A stretch of DNA of 64,000 bases from an uncultured Candidatus Saccharibacteria bacterium (GCA_964481135.1 CAYZSW010000001.1:7963-71962), one strand, 5' to 3'. Counted from the first letter of the stretch, positions 29,213-40,031 are shown. A program made the numbers and translations. Notes: generated by a model not told the origin, from the sequence alone.

Positions 29213-29503
29213 TTATTTCACACTCCCAGAAGATTCAACTTCAACAAAAGTTGTGTTTACTAATTTACCATCATATTTTTTAATTTTTTTCTTATAAAAC
29301 CTAACTTTCCCATCGCAAGTAGCAAAAATCGTATAATCTTTGCCATATCTAACATTTTCACCAGCCCTAAACTTGCTACCTCTTTGCCGAATAATTATAT
29401 TACCCGACTTAACAATTTGACTTCCAAATTTTTTTACACCTAATCTTTTTGATTGCGATTCACGACCAAGCTTAGATGTTCCTTTCGCCTTTGTATGGGC
29501 CAT
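29213..29503 (-). CDS. rpmA: 50S ribosomal protein L27
   Basis: [27 protein letters not shown]...IIIRQRG. Confidence 0.9.
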   Translation of the reverse strand: MAHTKAKGTSKLGRESQSKRLGVKKFGSQIVKSGNIIIRQRGSKFRAGENVRYGKDYTIFATCDGKVRFYKKKIKKYDGKLVNTTFVEVESSGSVK

Positions 29504-29678
29504 ATTTTACTCCACGATATAAATTATAAATAAACATAAAAACAGAAAAACTAATGAGTTTATTGTTTTTACATATATTATTTCTTATGCTCTTAAGCAA
29601 ATATACCTAAAATTTTTCTTTTTGTCAATTCTTAGTTTATAATAGGTTTAGAAATTAGTAATTAGGAATTAGTATTTT

Positions 29679-32600
29679 ATGAGTAAAACAAAATTTATCC
29701 ACTTGCATGTTCATAGTCATTATTCATTATTAGACGGCTTGTCAAAAATTCCTGAACTTGTATCAAAAGCAAAAGAATTTAACATGCCTGCCCTGGCATT
29801 AACTGATCACGGTAATATGTATGGAGCGATAGAATTTTATGAAGAGTGCCAAAAACAAGCAATAAAACCAATTATTGGTTGTGAAGTCTATATTGCTCCT
29901 AGAAATATGCAAGACAAACAAGCCAAAATTGACACACGACCTTACCACCTAGTATTACTGGCAAAAAACCTAGAAGGATATAAAAATTTAATTTATTTGG
30001 TGAGCCAAGCACATCTAACCGGATATTATTATAAACCAAGAATAGACAAAAAAATATTAAAAGAACACACTAAAGGGTTAATTGCTACTAGCGCTTGTCT
30101 TAATGGTGAAATTCCTCGATTAATTTTATCTGATAAACCAGATGTTGCTGAACAAACAATTAAATTTTATAAAAATATTTTTGGTGATGATAATTTTTAT
30201 TTAGAAATTCAATATCACCCCAAACTCATTGAACAAAATATTGTTAATAAAAAAATATTAGAATTATCAAAAAAAACTAAAACAAAAGTAATTTTAACAA
30301 ACGATTCACACTATTTAGAAAAAGAAGACCAAAAAGCCCATGAGGTGCTACTTTCAGTACAAACAGGTAAAGATTTTGACGACAAAGCGCGTCTTTCAAT
30401 GGTTGATATTGATGCTTCTTTTTACTCGCCAGAATATGCACAAAAAATCTTATCCGACCATCCAGAAGTTATTGAAAACACTTTAGAAATTGCACAAAAA
30501 TGTAATCTAAAATTAGATTTGGGAAAAAATATTTTACCTGAATTTGAAATACCAAAAAACGAACAAGATTCTTTTTCATATTTAAAAAAACTTACCCTAA
30601 ATGGATTTAAATATAAATACCTACAAAAAGACAATGTAGCAAAAAAAAGATTAGATTACGAACTACAAATAATCAAGAAAACTGGATTTGCTGATTATTT
30701 TTTAATTGTGTCTGATTTTATAAACTGGGCTAAAAATCAAGGCATTATTGTTGGCCCTGGTCGTGGTTCAGCTGCGGGATCTATTGTGTCTTATTGCCTT
30801 GGAATCACTGATCTTGAGCCACTGTCACAAAACTTAATTTTTGAAAGATTTCTAAACCCAGAAAGAATATCTATGCCTGATATCGATATTGATTTTGCAG
30901 ACGACAGGCGTGGAGAGGTTATTAAATATGTTCAAAATAAATACGGTGAAAACCATGTAGCACAAATAATCACTTTTGGAACCATGGCTGCAAGAGGATC
31001 TATAAGAGATACTGCGAGATCTTTAGGATTTTCTTATGATCAAGGAGATAAAATCGCAAAACTAGTTCCTTTTGGTATGAGTTTAAACCAATCTATGCAG
31101 GAGGTTGCCGAATTAAAAGATTTATACAATCAAGATGTTAATACTAAAGAAATTATTGATTACGCAAAAAAATTAGAAGGAGTAGCAAGGCATGCTGGAA
31201 CACATGCCTGTGGAGTAGTAATTTCGAAAAAACCTCTTATTGAATATTGCCCATTACAAACTGCCGCAAAAGGTGAAACAAATATTACTACTCAGTATTC
31301 AATGAAATATATTGAAGATATCGGATTATTAAAAATTGATTTTCTAGGATTATCTAATCTTACAGTAATTAAAAATGCTTTAAAAATTATTAATAAAATT
31401 CACAATACTAAAATTGAGATTGATAAAATCCCAATAAATGATAAACCTACATTTACATTGCTTTCCAGGGCACAAACTACGGGCATATTTCAATTGGAAT
31501 CAAACGGTATGAAAAGATATCTTAAACAACTAAAACCAAACTGTTTTGATGATATTATTGCCATGGTTGCACTTTACAGGCCAGGACCAATAGAACTAAT
31601 TCCAGACTTTATCGATAGAAAACACGGCAAAAAACAAATTAAATACTTACATCCAAAATTAGAACCGATCTTAAAAAATACTTATGGTATAGCTGTATAT
31701 CAAGAACAAATCATGCAAACTGCAAGAGAATTGGCAGGTTTTAGTATGAGTGAGGCAGATGTTTTAAGAAAAGCTGTAGGTAAAAAAATTAAATCCTTAC
31801 TTCAAAAACAAAAGTCAAAACTAATAAATGGTATGGTAAAAAATAAAATACCTCAATCGGTAGCAATAAAAATTTGGCAATACATTGAGCCTTTTGCAAA
31901 ATACGGTTTTAATAAATCACATGCCGCCTGCTATGCATTAATTGCATATCAAACCGCATATTTAAAAGCCCATTATCCAAAAGAATTTATGGCGGCACTT
32001 CTAACTTCTGATTTTGGCAATTTAGATAGGGTGGCTATTGAAATCGAAGAATGCACCAGATTAGGAATTCAAGTAATCCCGCCTGATGTTAACACCTCGT
32101 TTGAAAAATTTGGAGTAATTCCAGATAAAAATAATATATCATTTGGGTTAGAAGCAATTAAAGGAGTTGGTCAAAAAGTAGCACAGTTAATCGTGGAAGA
32201 AAGAAAGAAAAATGGAAAATACGAATCATTAGAAGATTTTTGTTCTAGATTAGGCCCTGAAGTAATTAATAAAAAAACTATTGAATCTTTGGCAAAATCA
32301 GGTGCATTAGATAAAATTGGTGAAAGAAACCAAATAATAGGTTCTGTTGACATAATTTGTAAATTTGCCAACCAATTATCTAAAAATAAAATTGCCAATC
32401 AAGCAAGTTTATTTGCTGACAACACTCAAAAAAATCAATTAATTAAGCTTTCTTTGAACTCAATTGACAAAGCATCAAAAAACCAAAGATTGTCTTGGGA
32501 AAGAGAATTTTTAGGAATATACTTAAGTGATCATCCACTTTTAGAATATAAAGAAATAATGCGACAATTTAACAGTAAAGATATTAATTTACTTAGATCC

Positions 32601-33101
32601 AATGAACAAAATATTAGAATTGCTGGAGTTATTACTTCTATAAAGAAAATTACTACCAAAAAGGGTGAACCTATGATATTTGCTAATATTGAAGATTTTA
32701 GCGGGAAAATTGAAGCTTTAGTTTTTCCGAAAATTCTTAAAGACAATGATTTAATATGGAAAGTTGATAATATTTTAGCAATTAAAGGTAAGGTTAATAG
32801 TAAAGATGGAAACTTAAAATTAATTGTTGAAAAATGCAAAGAATTAACTGAAATAAAAAAACAACACACTGTTAATAAAGAAAGAAAACTTGTCATATCT
32901 TTATTACAAAATGCCAACCTTAAAACACTTCAAGAAATTAAAAATATTCTAAAAGAATTTCCCGGAAAAGAAACTGTAATTTTAAAAATTATTCAAAATC
33001 ATGAGGAAAAAATTGTCATTCCAAAAATTAAGATAAATATTACAAAACAATTAATTAGCGAGCTTGATAAAATTCAAAATATTAAAAGTAATCAATTGTA
33101 A
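29679..33101 (+). CDS. dnaE: DNA polymerase III alpha subunit
   Basis: PHP domain (HLHVHSHYSLLDG), polymerase core and OB-fold; 1140 aa. Leader carries AATTAG repeats. Confidence 0.95.
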   Translation: MSKTKFIHLHVHSHYSLLDGLSKIPELVSKAKEFNMPALALTDHGNMYGAIEFYEECQKQAIKPIIGCEVYIAPRNMQDKQAKIDTRPYHLVLLAKNLEGYKNLIYLVSQAHLTGYYYKPRIDKKILKEHTKGLIATSACLNGEIPRLILSDKPDVAEQTIKFYKNIFGDDNFYLEIQYHPKLIEQNIVNKKILELSKKTKTKVILTNDSHYLEKEDQKAHEVLLSVQTGKDFDDKARLSMVDIDASFYSPEYAQKILSDHPEVIENTLEIAQKCNLKLDLGKNILPEFEIPKNEQDSFSYLKKLTLNGFKYKYLQKDNVAKKRLDYELQIIKKTGFADYFLIVSDFINWAKNQGIIVGPGRGSAAGSIVSYCLGITDLEPLSQNLIFERFLNPERISMPDIDIDFADDRRGEVIKYVQNKYGENHVAQIITFGTMAARGSIRDTARSLGFSYDQGDKIAKLVPFGMSLNQSMQEVAELKDLYNQDVNTKEIIDYAKKLEGVARHAGTHACGVVISKKPLIEYCPLQTAAKGETNITTQYSMKYIEDIGLLKIDFLGLSNLTVIKNALKIINKIHNTKIEIDKIPINDKPTFTLLSRAQTTGIFQLESNGMKRYLKQLKPNCFDDIIAMVALYRPGPIELIPDFIDRKHGKKQIKYLHPKLEPILKNTYGIAVYQEQIMQTARELAGFSMSEADVLRKAVGKKIKSLLQKQKSKLINGMVKNKIPQSVAIKIWQYIEPFAKYGFNKSHAACYALIAYQTAYLKAHYPKEFMAALLTSDFGNLDRVAIEIEECTRLGIQVIPPDVNTSFEKFGVIPDKNNISFGLEAIKGVGQKVAQLIVEERKKNGKYESLEDFCSRLGPEVINKKTIESLAKSGALDKIGERNQIIGSVDIICKFANQLSKNKIANQASLFADNTQKNQLIKLSLNSIDKASKNQRLSWEREFLGIYLSDHPLLEYKEIMRQFNSKDINLLRSNEQNIRIAGVITSIKKITTKKGEPMIFANIEDFSGKIEALVFPKILKDNDLIWKVDNILAIKGKVNSKDGNLKLIVEKCKELTEIKKQHTVNKERKLVISLLQNANLKTLQEIKNILKEFPGKETVILKIIQNHEEKIVIPKIKINITKQLISELDKIQNIKSNQL

Positions 33102-33210
33102 TAATTTGTTTTTTTGCAAAAAAAAATTTTTTTGTAGTTTGGATTAGTAATAAGCATATCTGGCAACAGATAAGCAAACACTTACGAAATGAAACTAGAT
33201 GATTTGTTAA

Positions 33211-33759
33211 CTATCTAATTAAATAATTTTTTGATTTTTTGGGTGCATTTTTGGACGGATTTTTTTTCTGATTTTTTAGCTTGATAATATATTCCTGAAT
33301 TTTATATGGATCTGAAATATTTTTAAGTAATATTTCTTGAGAAGAATCTGCTATTCTTAACCCCACATTACCAAAATTTAGCATATGCTGTATAAAACCT
33401 TTTATTTCGTAATCGGTGCTTAAGATTTTATTAAAATTTAACTCTGTAACTTTTCTATCAAAAAAATTTTTTTGGTATATACAAATTACTCTTTTATTGG
33501 TAATTAGATAAACTCTATTTTTCCAAATAAAATATTCTTTATAAATAACATAGATTGCAACTGATAAGCATAATATAAATATAATTATTGATAAATTTCC
33601 AAATCCAAAAATCAAAATAAAAATTATTAAAAACAGCAAGATTACTAAAACCTTGGAAAATGGCATAAAAAAATAAGAAAAATGAGTTCTTATTGCGATT
33701 TTAATAAACTCGTCTTTGTCTTCTGCAGGTAAGTCAAAATCTTGTAGCTCATCTTGCAT
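33211..33759 (-). CDS. membrane protein with a bacterial PH-like (YdbS/DUF304-type) domain
   Basis: Two TM helices then a beta-rich C-terminal domain. Confidence 0.4.
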   Translation of the reverse strand: MQDELQDFDLPAEDKDEFIKIAIRTHFSYFFMPFSKVLVILLFLIIFILIFGFGNLSIIIFILCLSVAIYVIYKEYFIWKNRVYLITNKRVICIYQKNFFDRKVTELNFNKILSTDYEIKGFIQHMLNFGNVGLRIADSSQEILLKNISDPYKIQEYIIKLKNQKKNPSKNAPKKSKNYLIR

Positions 33760-33771
33760 TAATACCTCCCT

Positions 33772-33870
33772 TTATCTAAGCAAGGCAAAAGGAACTATCA
33801 TGCCTATCACAAAAACAACAAGTATAATAATAAAAACAATTTTAACCCACTTTGGTTTTTCTTCACCCAT
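33772..33870 (-). CDS. possible 32-aa small membrane protein
   Basis: MGEEKPKWVKIVFIIILVVFVIGMIVPFALLR, with AAAAGG upstream. Below the ORF-track size cut-off. Confidence 0.2.
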   Translation of the reverse strand: MGEEKPKWVKIVFIIILVVFVIGMIVPFALLR

Positions 33871-33999
33871 AATTTACCTTTTGAATTTAGTCTATAGATT
33901 AAGGTTAGGATACCGGTTTGGTTTAGAGGTTAGGTTATAGGTTTTTGCTACTTCTAACTTTACCCTTTAACCATACTGGCTTCATTACCTTTACCAAAA

Positions 34000-35040
34000 T
34001 TACCTATTATTTTGCTTATATTTTTTGATAAATAAAACTATACTTAAAATAATCATAGCTATTAAAAGCCACACTAAAGCTTTAACTTTTCCTTGTGTTT
34101 CGCTTTCTAGTGCTATTATACCAAAACCAGCGCAAATCGCATAAATAATAATTACGGTTTGTTTTGTTGTAAACCCAGCTTCCAAAAACTTATGATGAAG
34201 GTGATTTTTATCTGCATAAAAAGGAGATTTTTTACTTAATATCCTCCTAATAATAACCCAACAAGCGTCGATAATTGGAACTCCTAAAACTAGGGCAGCT
34301 GTCGCAAGTTTTGCCCCAGAAATTATTGAAAAAACACCAATCATAAGTCCTAAAAACATACTACCAGAATCACCTAAAAATATTTTTGCTGGCGACCAAT
34401 TGTAAGGTAAAAAACCTAAAACTGAACCTGCCAAAATTATACAAAGCAATGCTGTAGCAGGCTGATTGACTTGTGGATTTATTGAAAGAATAAATAAAAT
34501 TATTAATGCTATTGTTGATACTCCTGGCGTCAAACCATCAATGCCATCAAACCAATTTAAAGCATTCATAATAAGCACAATCCAAACTGGTACTAAAAAA
34601 TAATTCCAATCACCAATTATAAAAGCTCCGCCTGTAATAGGATTTGAAAGCCACCAAATTTTTATTCCGAAAATGACAATAATTAAACCGCAAATAAATT
34701 GCCAAAAAAGTTTACTAAAAGGATTCATGCCCTTTAAATCATCGTATAATCCTACTACTATCCAAACCAAACCAGCCGAAAGAAGTCCAAAAAGATTTTC
34801 ATCAATACCGAGAATTTTATAATCTACAAAACTTAATTTTTCTGGGCTGATTAAATATAAAATTAAAACATTAAAATAAAAAACAATAAAAAGGACAACA
34901 CCGCCTAAACGAGGAATTGGTTTTACTTTCTTTTCTCTAGACCGTAAACCGATATTATGTTTTAGAGCATAATTTCTAACCAAAGGAGTACAGATTAAAG
35001 ATAAAATAAATGATGATAAAAAAAGAATAATATAATTCAT
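34000..35040 (-). CDS. glycosyltransferase family 4 (WecA/MraY-type polyprenyl-phosphate N-acetylhexosamine-1-phosphate transferase)
   Basis: NALNWFDGIDGL and IPRLGG motifs in a 10-11 TM architecture. The likely start is MNYIILF; the ORF-track N-terminal extension only translates a GC-rich leader. Confidence 0.65.
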   Translation of the reverse strand: MNYIILFLSSFILSLICTPLVRNYALKHNIGLRSREKKVKPIPRLGGVVLFIVFYFNVLILYLISPEKLSFVDYKILGIDENLFGLLSAGLVWIVVGLYDDLKGMNPFSKLFWQFICGLIIVIFGIKIWWLSNPITGGAFIIGDWNYFLVPVWIVLIMNALNWFDGIDGLTPGVSTIALIILFILSINPQVNQPATALLCIILAGSVLGFLPYNWSPAKIFLGDSGSMFLGLMIGVFSIISGAKLATAALVLGVPIIDACWVIIRRILSKKSPFYADKNHLHHKFLEAGFTTKQTVIIIYAICAGFGIIALESETQGKVKALVWLLIAMIILSIVLFIKKYKQNNR

Positions 35041-35044
35041 AATT

Positions 35045-35290
35045 AAAATCCGAAATACTAAACCCGAAATTTCTGCCCGCCGCTCAATCTCATCGAGAAA
35101 TAGGTGATTATTCCCCTTCTCGATATATGTTTCACCTCGGCAGGTGGGCAAAACAATATTGAAGCTCCGCGGGTTAAAAACCGCGGATTCCACTTAGGCG
35201 GAGCTGAAATCCGCCGTAGCGAAATCTTACCTTGCTTCATCCCCGGGCTAAAGCCCTGGAATTTCGCGAAGGCTGGATTAAAATTCTAAT
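35045..35290 (-). promoter_or_regulatory. GC-rich structured leader or candidate cis-regulatory RNA upstream of the GT4 gene
   Basis: ~250-nt island of much higher GC with nested perfect hairpins (CCGCGGTTTTTAACCCGCGG, GCTCCGC...GCGGAGC). No credible ORF. Confidence 0.3.
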
Positions 35291-35382
35291 ATACAATGTT
35301 CAAAACAAATGTTTAGGATTTTGTATTTTGTTCATTGAAATTTGTTTAAGATTTCAAAATTCGAAATTCAGATTTGAATGAT

Positions 35383-35856
35383 TTACAATCGTTCGTCTAC
35401 TGCGTAAATTGCTTCCCAATCAATTTTCTTGTAAGAAAAGATTTCTGCGGATTTAAAAAATCTTTTTATTTCAATTTTTGCTTGTTTTGCATCCTCTGAA
35501 GCATGAACAACATTATGAGAAATACTAGAAGAATAGTCGCCTCTTATGGTTCCAGGAGGAGCAGTATAACCACTGGTTGGCCCCGCCATAGCTCTTACAA
35601 CACTAACAGCGTGATTACCCTCCAAAATCATAATTACAGTTGGAGAAAGTTGCATAAAATCTTTTAGATCTTTAAAAAACGGCTTATCTTTATGGTGAAA
35701 ATAATGCTCTTCTAAAATTTTATCATCTAATTTAACCATCTTTAAAGCAGCCAATTTTAAACCCTTTCTTTCAAATCTATGAATTATTTCACCAATTATA
35801 CCTCTATTGATTCCGTCTGGCTTAATTAAAACTAAAGTTTGTTCTTGTTGTGCCAT
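35383..35856 (-). CDS. ndk: nucleoside diphosphate kinase
   Basis: LVLIKPDG, catalytic-His region NVVHASE. Confidence 0.9.
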   Translation of the reverse strand: MAQQEQTLVLIKPDGINRGIIGEIIHRFERKGLKLAALKMVKLDDKILEEHYFHHKDKPFFKDLKDFMQLSPTVIMILEGNHAVSVVRAMAGPTSGYTAPPGTIRGDYSSSISHNVVHASEDAKQAKIEIKRFFKSAEIFSYKKIDWEAIYAVDERL

Positions 35857-35955
35857 AATGACTCCAAAATATTATCCTACTGGATTTTTTATTAGTAATT
35901 TAATTTATTTTTAATAATAACTTATAAAAATATATTAACTTTTTACATACCCATA

Positions 35956-37230
35956 TTACCAAGCATTGACAATTTTTTCAAACCTATTGTTATCTTTAAA
36001 TGGACCTAGAATTGTTAAATTTAATGAATTTAATTTTATAAATTCATTTGCGAGTTTTTTAAGATCTTGATTTTGTAAAGAAAAAATTTTCTTTAAATGT
36101 TCTTCTGGCTGTGTAATCTCATCATACAACAATTCCTGTTCTGCTAAATAATCTGCTATCGAAGAAGAACTTTCTAAATCAATGTATGTCCTGCCTTTAA
36201 TATTGTCTTTAGATCTTTTTATTTCTTCTTGCAGTAGACCTTTAGAAATTATTTTTTGATATTCTGAAAGAATAACTTTTATCGCTTCGTCAATTCTTTT
36301 GTTATCAACTCCTGCATAAGCAAAATGCATACCTGTATCTGCAAACTCTGCAATACTAGAACCAATATAATAAGCTAAACCTCTTTTTTCTCTTATTTCG
36401 GTGAATAATCTCGAACTCATATTTGCTCCAAAAATATTATTAAGTAATTTAAGAGGATATCTTCTCTTGTCTAATCTCGAAAAAGTAGGAAAACCTAGAA
36501 CAAGATGTGACTGATCGGTTTTTTTATAATAGGTATTTATCACCGGGCTATTTTGTATTTTAATATTTTTTTGTGGCTTTGCAACTTCACCTTGAGTAAT
36601 TTTTGATAATTTCTGTTTAATTGCAGATTCCCAGTTTAATTTTTCTTGATTACCGGCTACAACAACCAAAGTATTTTTAGCACAATAATTTTTTTTAAAA
36701 ACATCAATAAAATCTTTTCTACTAAAACTAGAAACAGTTTGAGATGTTCCTAAAGTTGATCTACCCAAAGGAGTATTGCCAAACATTTGCTTTTTGGCTA
36801 ACTCCATCACATATCTTTGAGGCAAATCCTTATACATATTTATTTCCTCTAAAATAACTCCTTTTTCTTTTTCAATTTCTGGGCTGGGAAACATAGAATT
36901 TAAAAAAATATCAGACAATATATCTAAAGATAAATTAAATTTGTCTGATGCTGATGTAATATAAAATCCGGTATATTCTTCGGAAGTAAAAGCATTAAAA
37001 TCTGCACCGATTCCGTCTAACTGACGAGATATATCTATAGCTCTAGGTCTTTTTTTGGTGCCTTTAAAAATCATATGTTCCATAAAATGAAAAATGCCAT
37101 TTTGTTTCTGGCTTTCATGTCTACTGCCCGCTTTAACTAAAAATAAAATTGTAACTGCTTTAGTTTCCTTCATCGGCGCAGTAATAATTCTTAAGCCACT
37201 ATCTAAAACCGTTTTATAAAAATTAATCAT
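35956..37230 (-). CDS. M16-family zinc peptidase (pitrilysin/insulinase-like)
   Basis: HFMEH inverted zinc motif (HxxEH). Confidence 0.8.
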   Translation of the reverse strand: MINFYKTVLDSGLRIITAPMKETKAVTILFLVKAGSRHESQKQNGIFHFMEHMIFKGTKKRPRAIDISRQLDGIGADFNAFTSEEYTGFYITSASDKFNLSLDILSDIFLNSMFPSPEIEKEKGVILEEINMYKDLPQRYVMELAKKQMFGNTPLGRSTLGTSQTVSSFSRKDFIDVFKKNYCAKNTLVVVAGNQEKLNWESAIKQKLSKITQGEVAKPQKNIKIQNSPVINTYYKKTDQSHLVLGFPTFSRLDKRRYPLKLLNNIFGANMSSRLFTEIREKRGLAYYIGSSIAEFADTGMHFAYAGVDNKRIDEAIKVILSEYQKIISKGLLQEEIKRSKDNIKGRTYIDLESSSSIADYLAEQELLYDEITQPEEHLKKIFSLQNQDLKKLANEFIKLNSLNLTILGPFKDNNRFEKIVNAW

Positions 37231-37243
37231 AATAAAAAATTAA

Positions 37244-37717
37244 TTAATGTTTAATAAAAATTGAAACATTTAACACTCCGACACTGACCAATGTAACAAC
37301 AGCTCCCGCAATTAGAACTCCAAGGAAAATTAAAGGTAATGCTTTTTTATAAGGTATTCCAAATAAAAATGCTGCTAAACTTCCTGTCCATGCACCTGTT
37401 AACGGAAGAGGAATTGCTACTAAAATAACTAGTGCCAATTCTCGATATATTTCCATTTTTTTAGCATGTCTTTTTCTATTATAATCAAATAGCCAAGTAA
37501 AAAACTTATTAAAAAATTTAAAGTTTTTCATAAGCCATTTTGAAACTGGATCTAAAAACCATAAAATAAAAAAAACAGGAATCATATTTCCAACAACAGC
37601 GATAACAAATGCCTGCCACCATGGCATATTATAGATACCAATAGCAACAGGAATCGCTCCACGAAGTTCAGAGATAGGCATTGCAGAAAGTAAAAGTGTT
37701 TGTATTATTCCATTCAT
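37244..37717 (-). CDS. small membrane protein (COG2426-like putative small multidrug export protein)
   Basis: 157 aa, 4 TM helices, overlaps the PAP2 gene by 4 nt. Confidence 0.35.
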   Translation of the reverse strand: MNGIIQTLLLSAMPISELRGAIPVAIGIYNMPWWQAFVIAVVGNMIPVFFILWFLDPVSKWLMKNFKFFNKFFTWLFDYNRKRHAKKMEIYRELALVILVAIPLPLTGAWTGSLAAFLFGIPYKKALPLIFLGVLIAGAVVTLVSVGVLNVSIFIKH

Positions 37718-38301
37718 GCTAACCTTATAAATTTGGCTATTTTTAAAATTGGTTCTGCCAAATATAACTGTATGTATTTATCTAAATAATGCAATAAGTA
37801 TGCGCCCAGAAAACCAAGCATCAAACCACACACTACATCTAGTGGATAATGAATCCCAGAGATTACTCTAGAAAATCCTACTAAAAACGAACCGATAATA
37901 ATTAAAATACCAATTTTTTTGTATTTAAGCAAATAAAAGTATGTTCCTAGCGCCATTAAAAAAGTAGCATGATCTGAAGGAAAAGAATAGCTTGGTAAAT
38001 GGAAAAATAATTCTTTTGTTTGACCCAATTCGACAAATGGTCGCGGTCTATACCAAAAATAAGCTATGATTCTTGTTGGAACCTGCCAAACAAAAACTGA
38101 AACTAATGTTGTTTTAATCATAGCTATTCTGTCTTGATTAGAATTATAGATGAACCAAGATACAAGCAATCCAATAGGAACAAAATATACAAGATATTTG
38201 CCAATAAATAGAATTATGTAATCAAGTATTTGATTAAATCCTAAAATTGAATGGAACCAATAAAAAAGAGATTGATCGAATTGTAATAATTGATTAATCA
38301 T
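37714..38301 (-). CDS. PAP2-family phosphatase (undecaprenyl-diphosphatase-like)
   Basis: KX6RP (RPRPF), PSDHA (PSGH) and SRVISGIHYPLD (SRX5HX3D) motifs. Confidence 0.8.
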   Translation of the reverse strand: MINQLLQFDQSLFYWFHSILGFNQILDYIILFIGKYLVYFVPIGLLVSWFIYNSNQDRIAMIKTTLVSVFVWQVPTRIIAYFWYRPRPFVELGQTKELFFHLPSYSFPSDHATFLMALGTYFYLLKYKKIGILIIIGSFLVGFSRVISGIHYPLDVVCGLMLGFLGAYLLHYLDKYIQLYLAEPILKIAKFIRLA

Positions 38302-38371
38302 AAGCTAATTTTAGCATATTAACAAATGGAATAAAAGTTAAAAATGTCGTACAATATAAATAGAATACTAA

Positions 38372-38788
38372 TTGCTAATTCAACAAATTACAAATAATAT
38401 TAAAAACATTATGGATAATTTAATATATCCAGAATTAAGCTATAAGATAGTGGGTTTGCTTTTTGAAGTATATAATAAATTAGGATATGGTTTGAGAGAA
38501 AAAGATTATCAAAAAGCGATATCAATTTTCTTGAGTGAAAATAATATTATATTTCAAGAACAAGTATCCGCAAATCTTAAAATTAATAATCAGAATATAA
38601 GAAAATATTATTTGGATTTTATAATTGATAATAAAATTGTTTTGGGATTAAAAACTGAAAATAGATTTAATAAAAATAATATTGCTCAAATATACAGTTA
38701 TTTAAAATCAACTAACAAAAAATTAGGAATTATAGCAAACTTTTCAAAATATGGAGTTAAATTTAAAAGAATTGTAAATATTAAATAA
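38372..38788 (+). CDS. GxxExxY family protein (PD-(D/E)XK-like)
   Basis: IVGLLFEVYNKLGYGLREKDYQKAI matches the family signature; 138 aa. Confidence 0.75.
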   Translation: MLIQQITNNIKNIMDNLIYPELSYKIVGLLFEVYNKLGYGLREKDYQKAISIFLSENNIIFQEQVSANLKINNQNIRKYYLDFIIDNKIVLGLKTENRFNKNNIAQIYSYLKSTNKKLGIIANFSKYGVKFKRIVNIK

Positions 38789-38824
38789 TATTAGCAACCA
38801 GTTGAATTCGTAATAGGTATTAAT

Positions 38825-39835
38825 ATGGATAAGTATATTAAAGATTTTTTAGGTTATTGTGAAATAGAAAAAGGACACTCTGACCATACAATTAAAAATT
38901 ATGATCATTATTTAACACGCTTTAATAATTGGGCAAGAGCTAATAAAATTATTAAACCAGAACAAATTGATCTTGAAGTTTTAAAAAAATACCGCTTATA
39001 TTTAAATCGCTTAAAAGTTTTGAATAAAAAAACTCAGGGCTTTCATATTATTGCACTCCGTTCATTTTTAAAGTATTTAGCACAACACGATGTAAAAACT
39101 CTGGCAGCTGAAAAAATCGAGTTACCAGATATTCCAGATAGACAAATAACATTTATGGAAGAAAATGAATTAGATAAATTACTTTCCCAACCCCATACTA
39201 CAAAAATCACCGACTTAAGAGACAAAGCGATTTTAGAAGTTTTATTCTCCACTGGATTGCGTGTTTCAGAACTTGTTAAATTAAACCGTGATGAAATTAA
39301 CTTAAATAAAAATGAATTTTCAGTTGTTGGTAAAGGTGGTAAAAACAGAATAGTGTTTTTGTCAAAAAGTGCGCTTGATGCGTTAAAAAACTATTTAGCA
39401 AAAAGATTTGATAAAGATAAAGCGCTATTTATTTCACATCAAAATATTGGAAGAGACTTCAAAACTAAAGAACTTAAGAACCAAGAAACAAAAGAAAAAC
39501 AAAATAATAATAAATCAGACGACAATATTGAAAAAAGAACAAAAGAAAATTCGCAATTGCGCTTAACGACGCGCTCGGTTCAAAGAATCGTAAAAAAATA
39601 CGCAATCGCTGCAGGATTAAATAAAAAAATTACACCCCATACTTTACGGCACTCTTTTGGTACTGATTTGCTGCGTTCTGGTGCAGATTTGCGTGCTGTT
39701 CAACAGCTTCTGGGACATTCTTCAATAACTACTACTCAGATATACACACATGTCACTGACGAGCATCTAAAAGAAGTACACGATGCCTTTCATGGACAAA
39801 GAAGAGAAGATCTAAACACTAAAAAAAATAAATAG
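38825..39835 (+). CDS. tyrosine site-specific recombinase (XerC/XerD-like integrase family)
   Basis: SAM-like N-domain, catalytic R...HxxR...Y region (LRHSFGTDLL...LGHSSITTTQIYTHV) and a K/N-rich insertion. Confidence 0.8.
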   Translation: MDKYIKDFLGYCEIEKGHSDHTIKNYDHYLTRFNNWARANKIIKPEQIDLEVLKKYRLYLNRLKVLNKKTQGFHIIALRSFLKYLAQHDVKTLAAEKIELPDIPDRQITFMEENELDKLLSQPHTTKITDLRDKAILEVLFSTGLRVSELVKLNRDEINLNKNEFSVVGKGGKNRIVFLSKSALDALKNYLAKRFDKDKALFISHQNIGRDFKTKELKNQETKEKQNNNKSDDNIEKRTKENSQLRLTTRSVQRIVKKYAIAAGLNKKITPHTLRHSFGTDLLRSGADLRAVQQLLGHSSITTTQIYTHVTDEHLKEVHDAFHGQRREDLNTKKNK

Positions 39836-39855
39836 TAAGTTATCGTTTTTTCCTA

Positions 39856-39884
39856 CCATATTCCACTTACGGAGTGGAATATGG
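39856..39884. repeat. perfect palindrome CCATATTCCAC-TTACGGA-GTGGAATATGG, 20 bp after the recombinase stop
   Basis: 11-bp perfect arms with a 7-nt spacer and no T-run. A separate classic terminator follows at 39929-39966. Confidence 0.6.
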
Positions 39885-39928
39885 TTGGTGAATGTCAATA
39901 ATATAACGCTTAAAAAAATCGGGTATTA

Positions 39929-39966
39929 AAAAACTGCCCTAAGTTCTAAGGCAGTTTTTTATTTTC
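39929..39966 (+). terminator. rho-independent terminator
   Basis: ACTGCCCTAAGTTCTAAGGCAGT followed by a T run. Confidence 0.7.
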
Positions 39967-40031
39967 ATTTAGGTAGATTCAAGAATAATTGGGTTTGGCT
40001 TCATTCTCCCTCCGTTAAATAATTGATTAGG

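Noticed and set aside
34981-35193. ORF-track N-terminal extension of the WecA/MraY-like gene (MESAVFNPRSF...)
   Set aside because: It translates the GC-rich structured leader. A canonical membrane-protein start MNYIILF lies at ~35040 with homology beginning there.
35045-35290. tmRNA, RNase P RNA or SRP RNA identity for the GC-rich island
   Set aside because: No tag-peptide ORF ending ALAA with a CCA end, no GGAAAGUCCGGGCUCC (P4) signature, no SRP domain-IV GGAA/AGCAGCC motif, and too short for RNase P.
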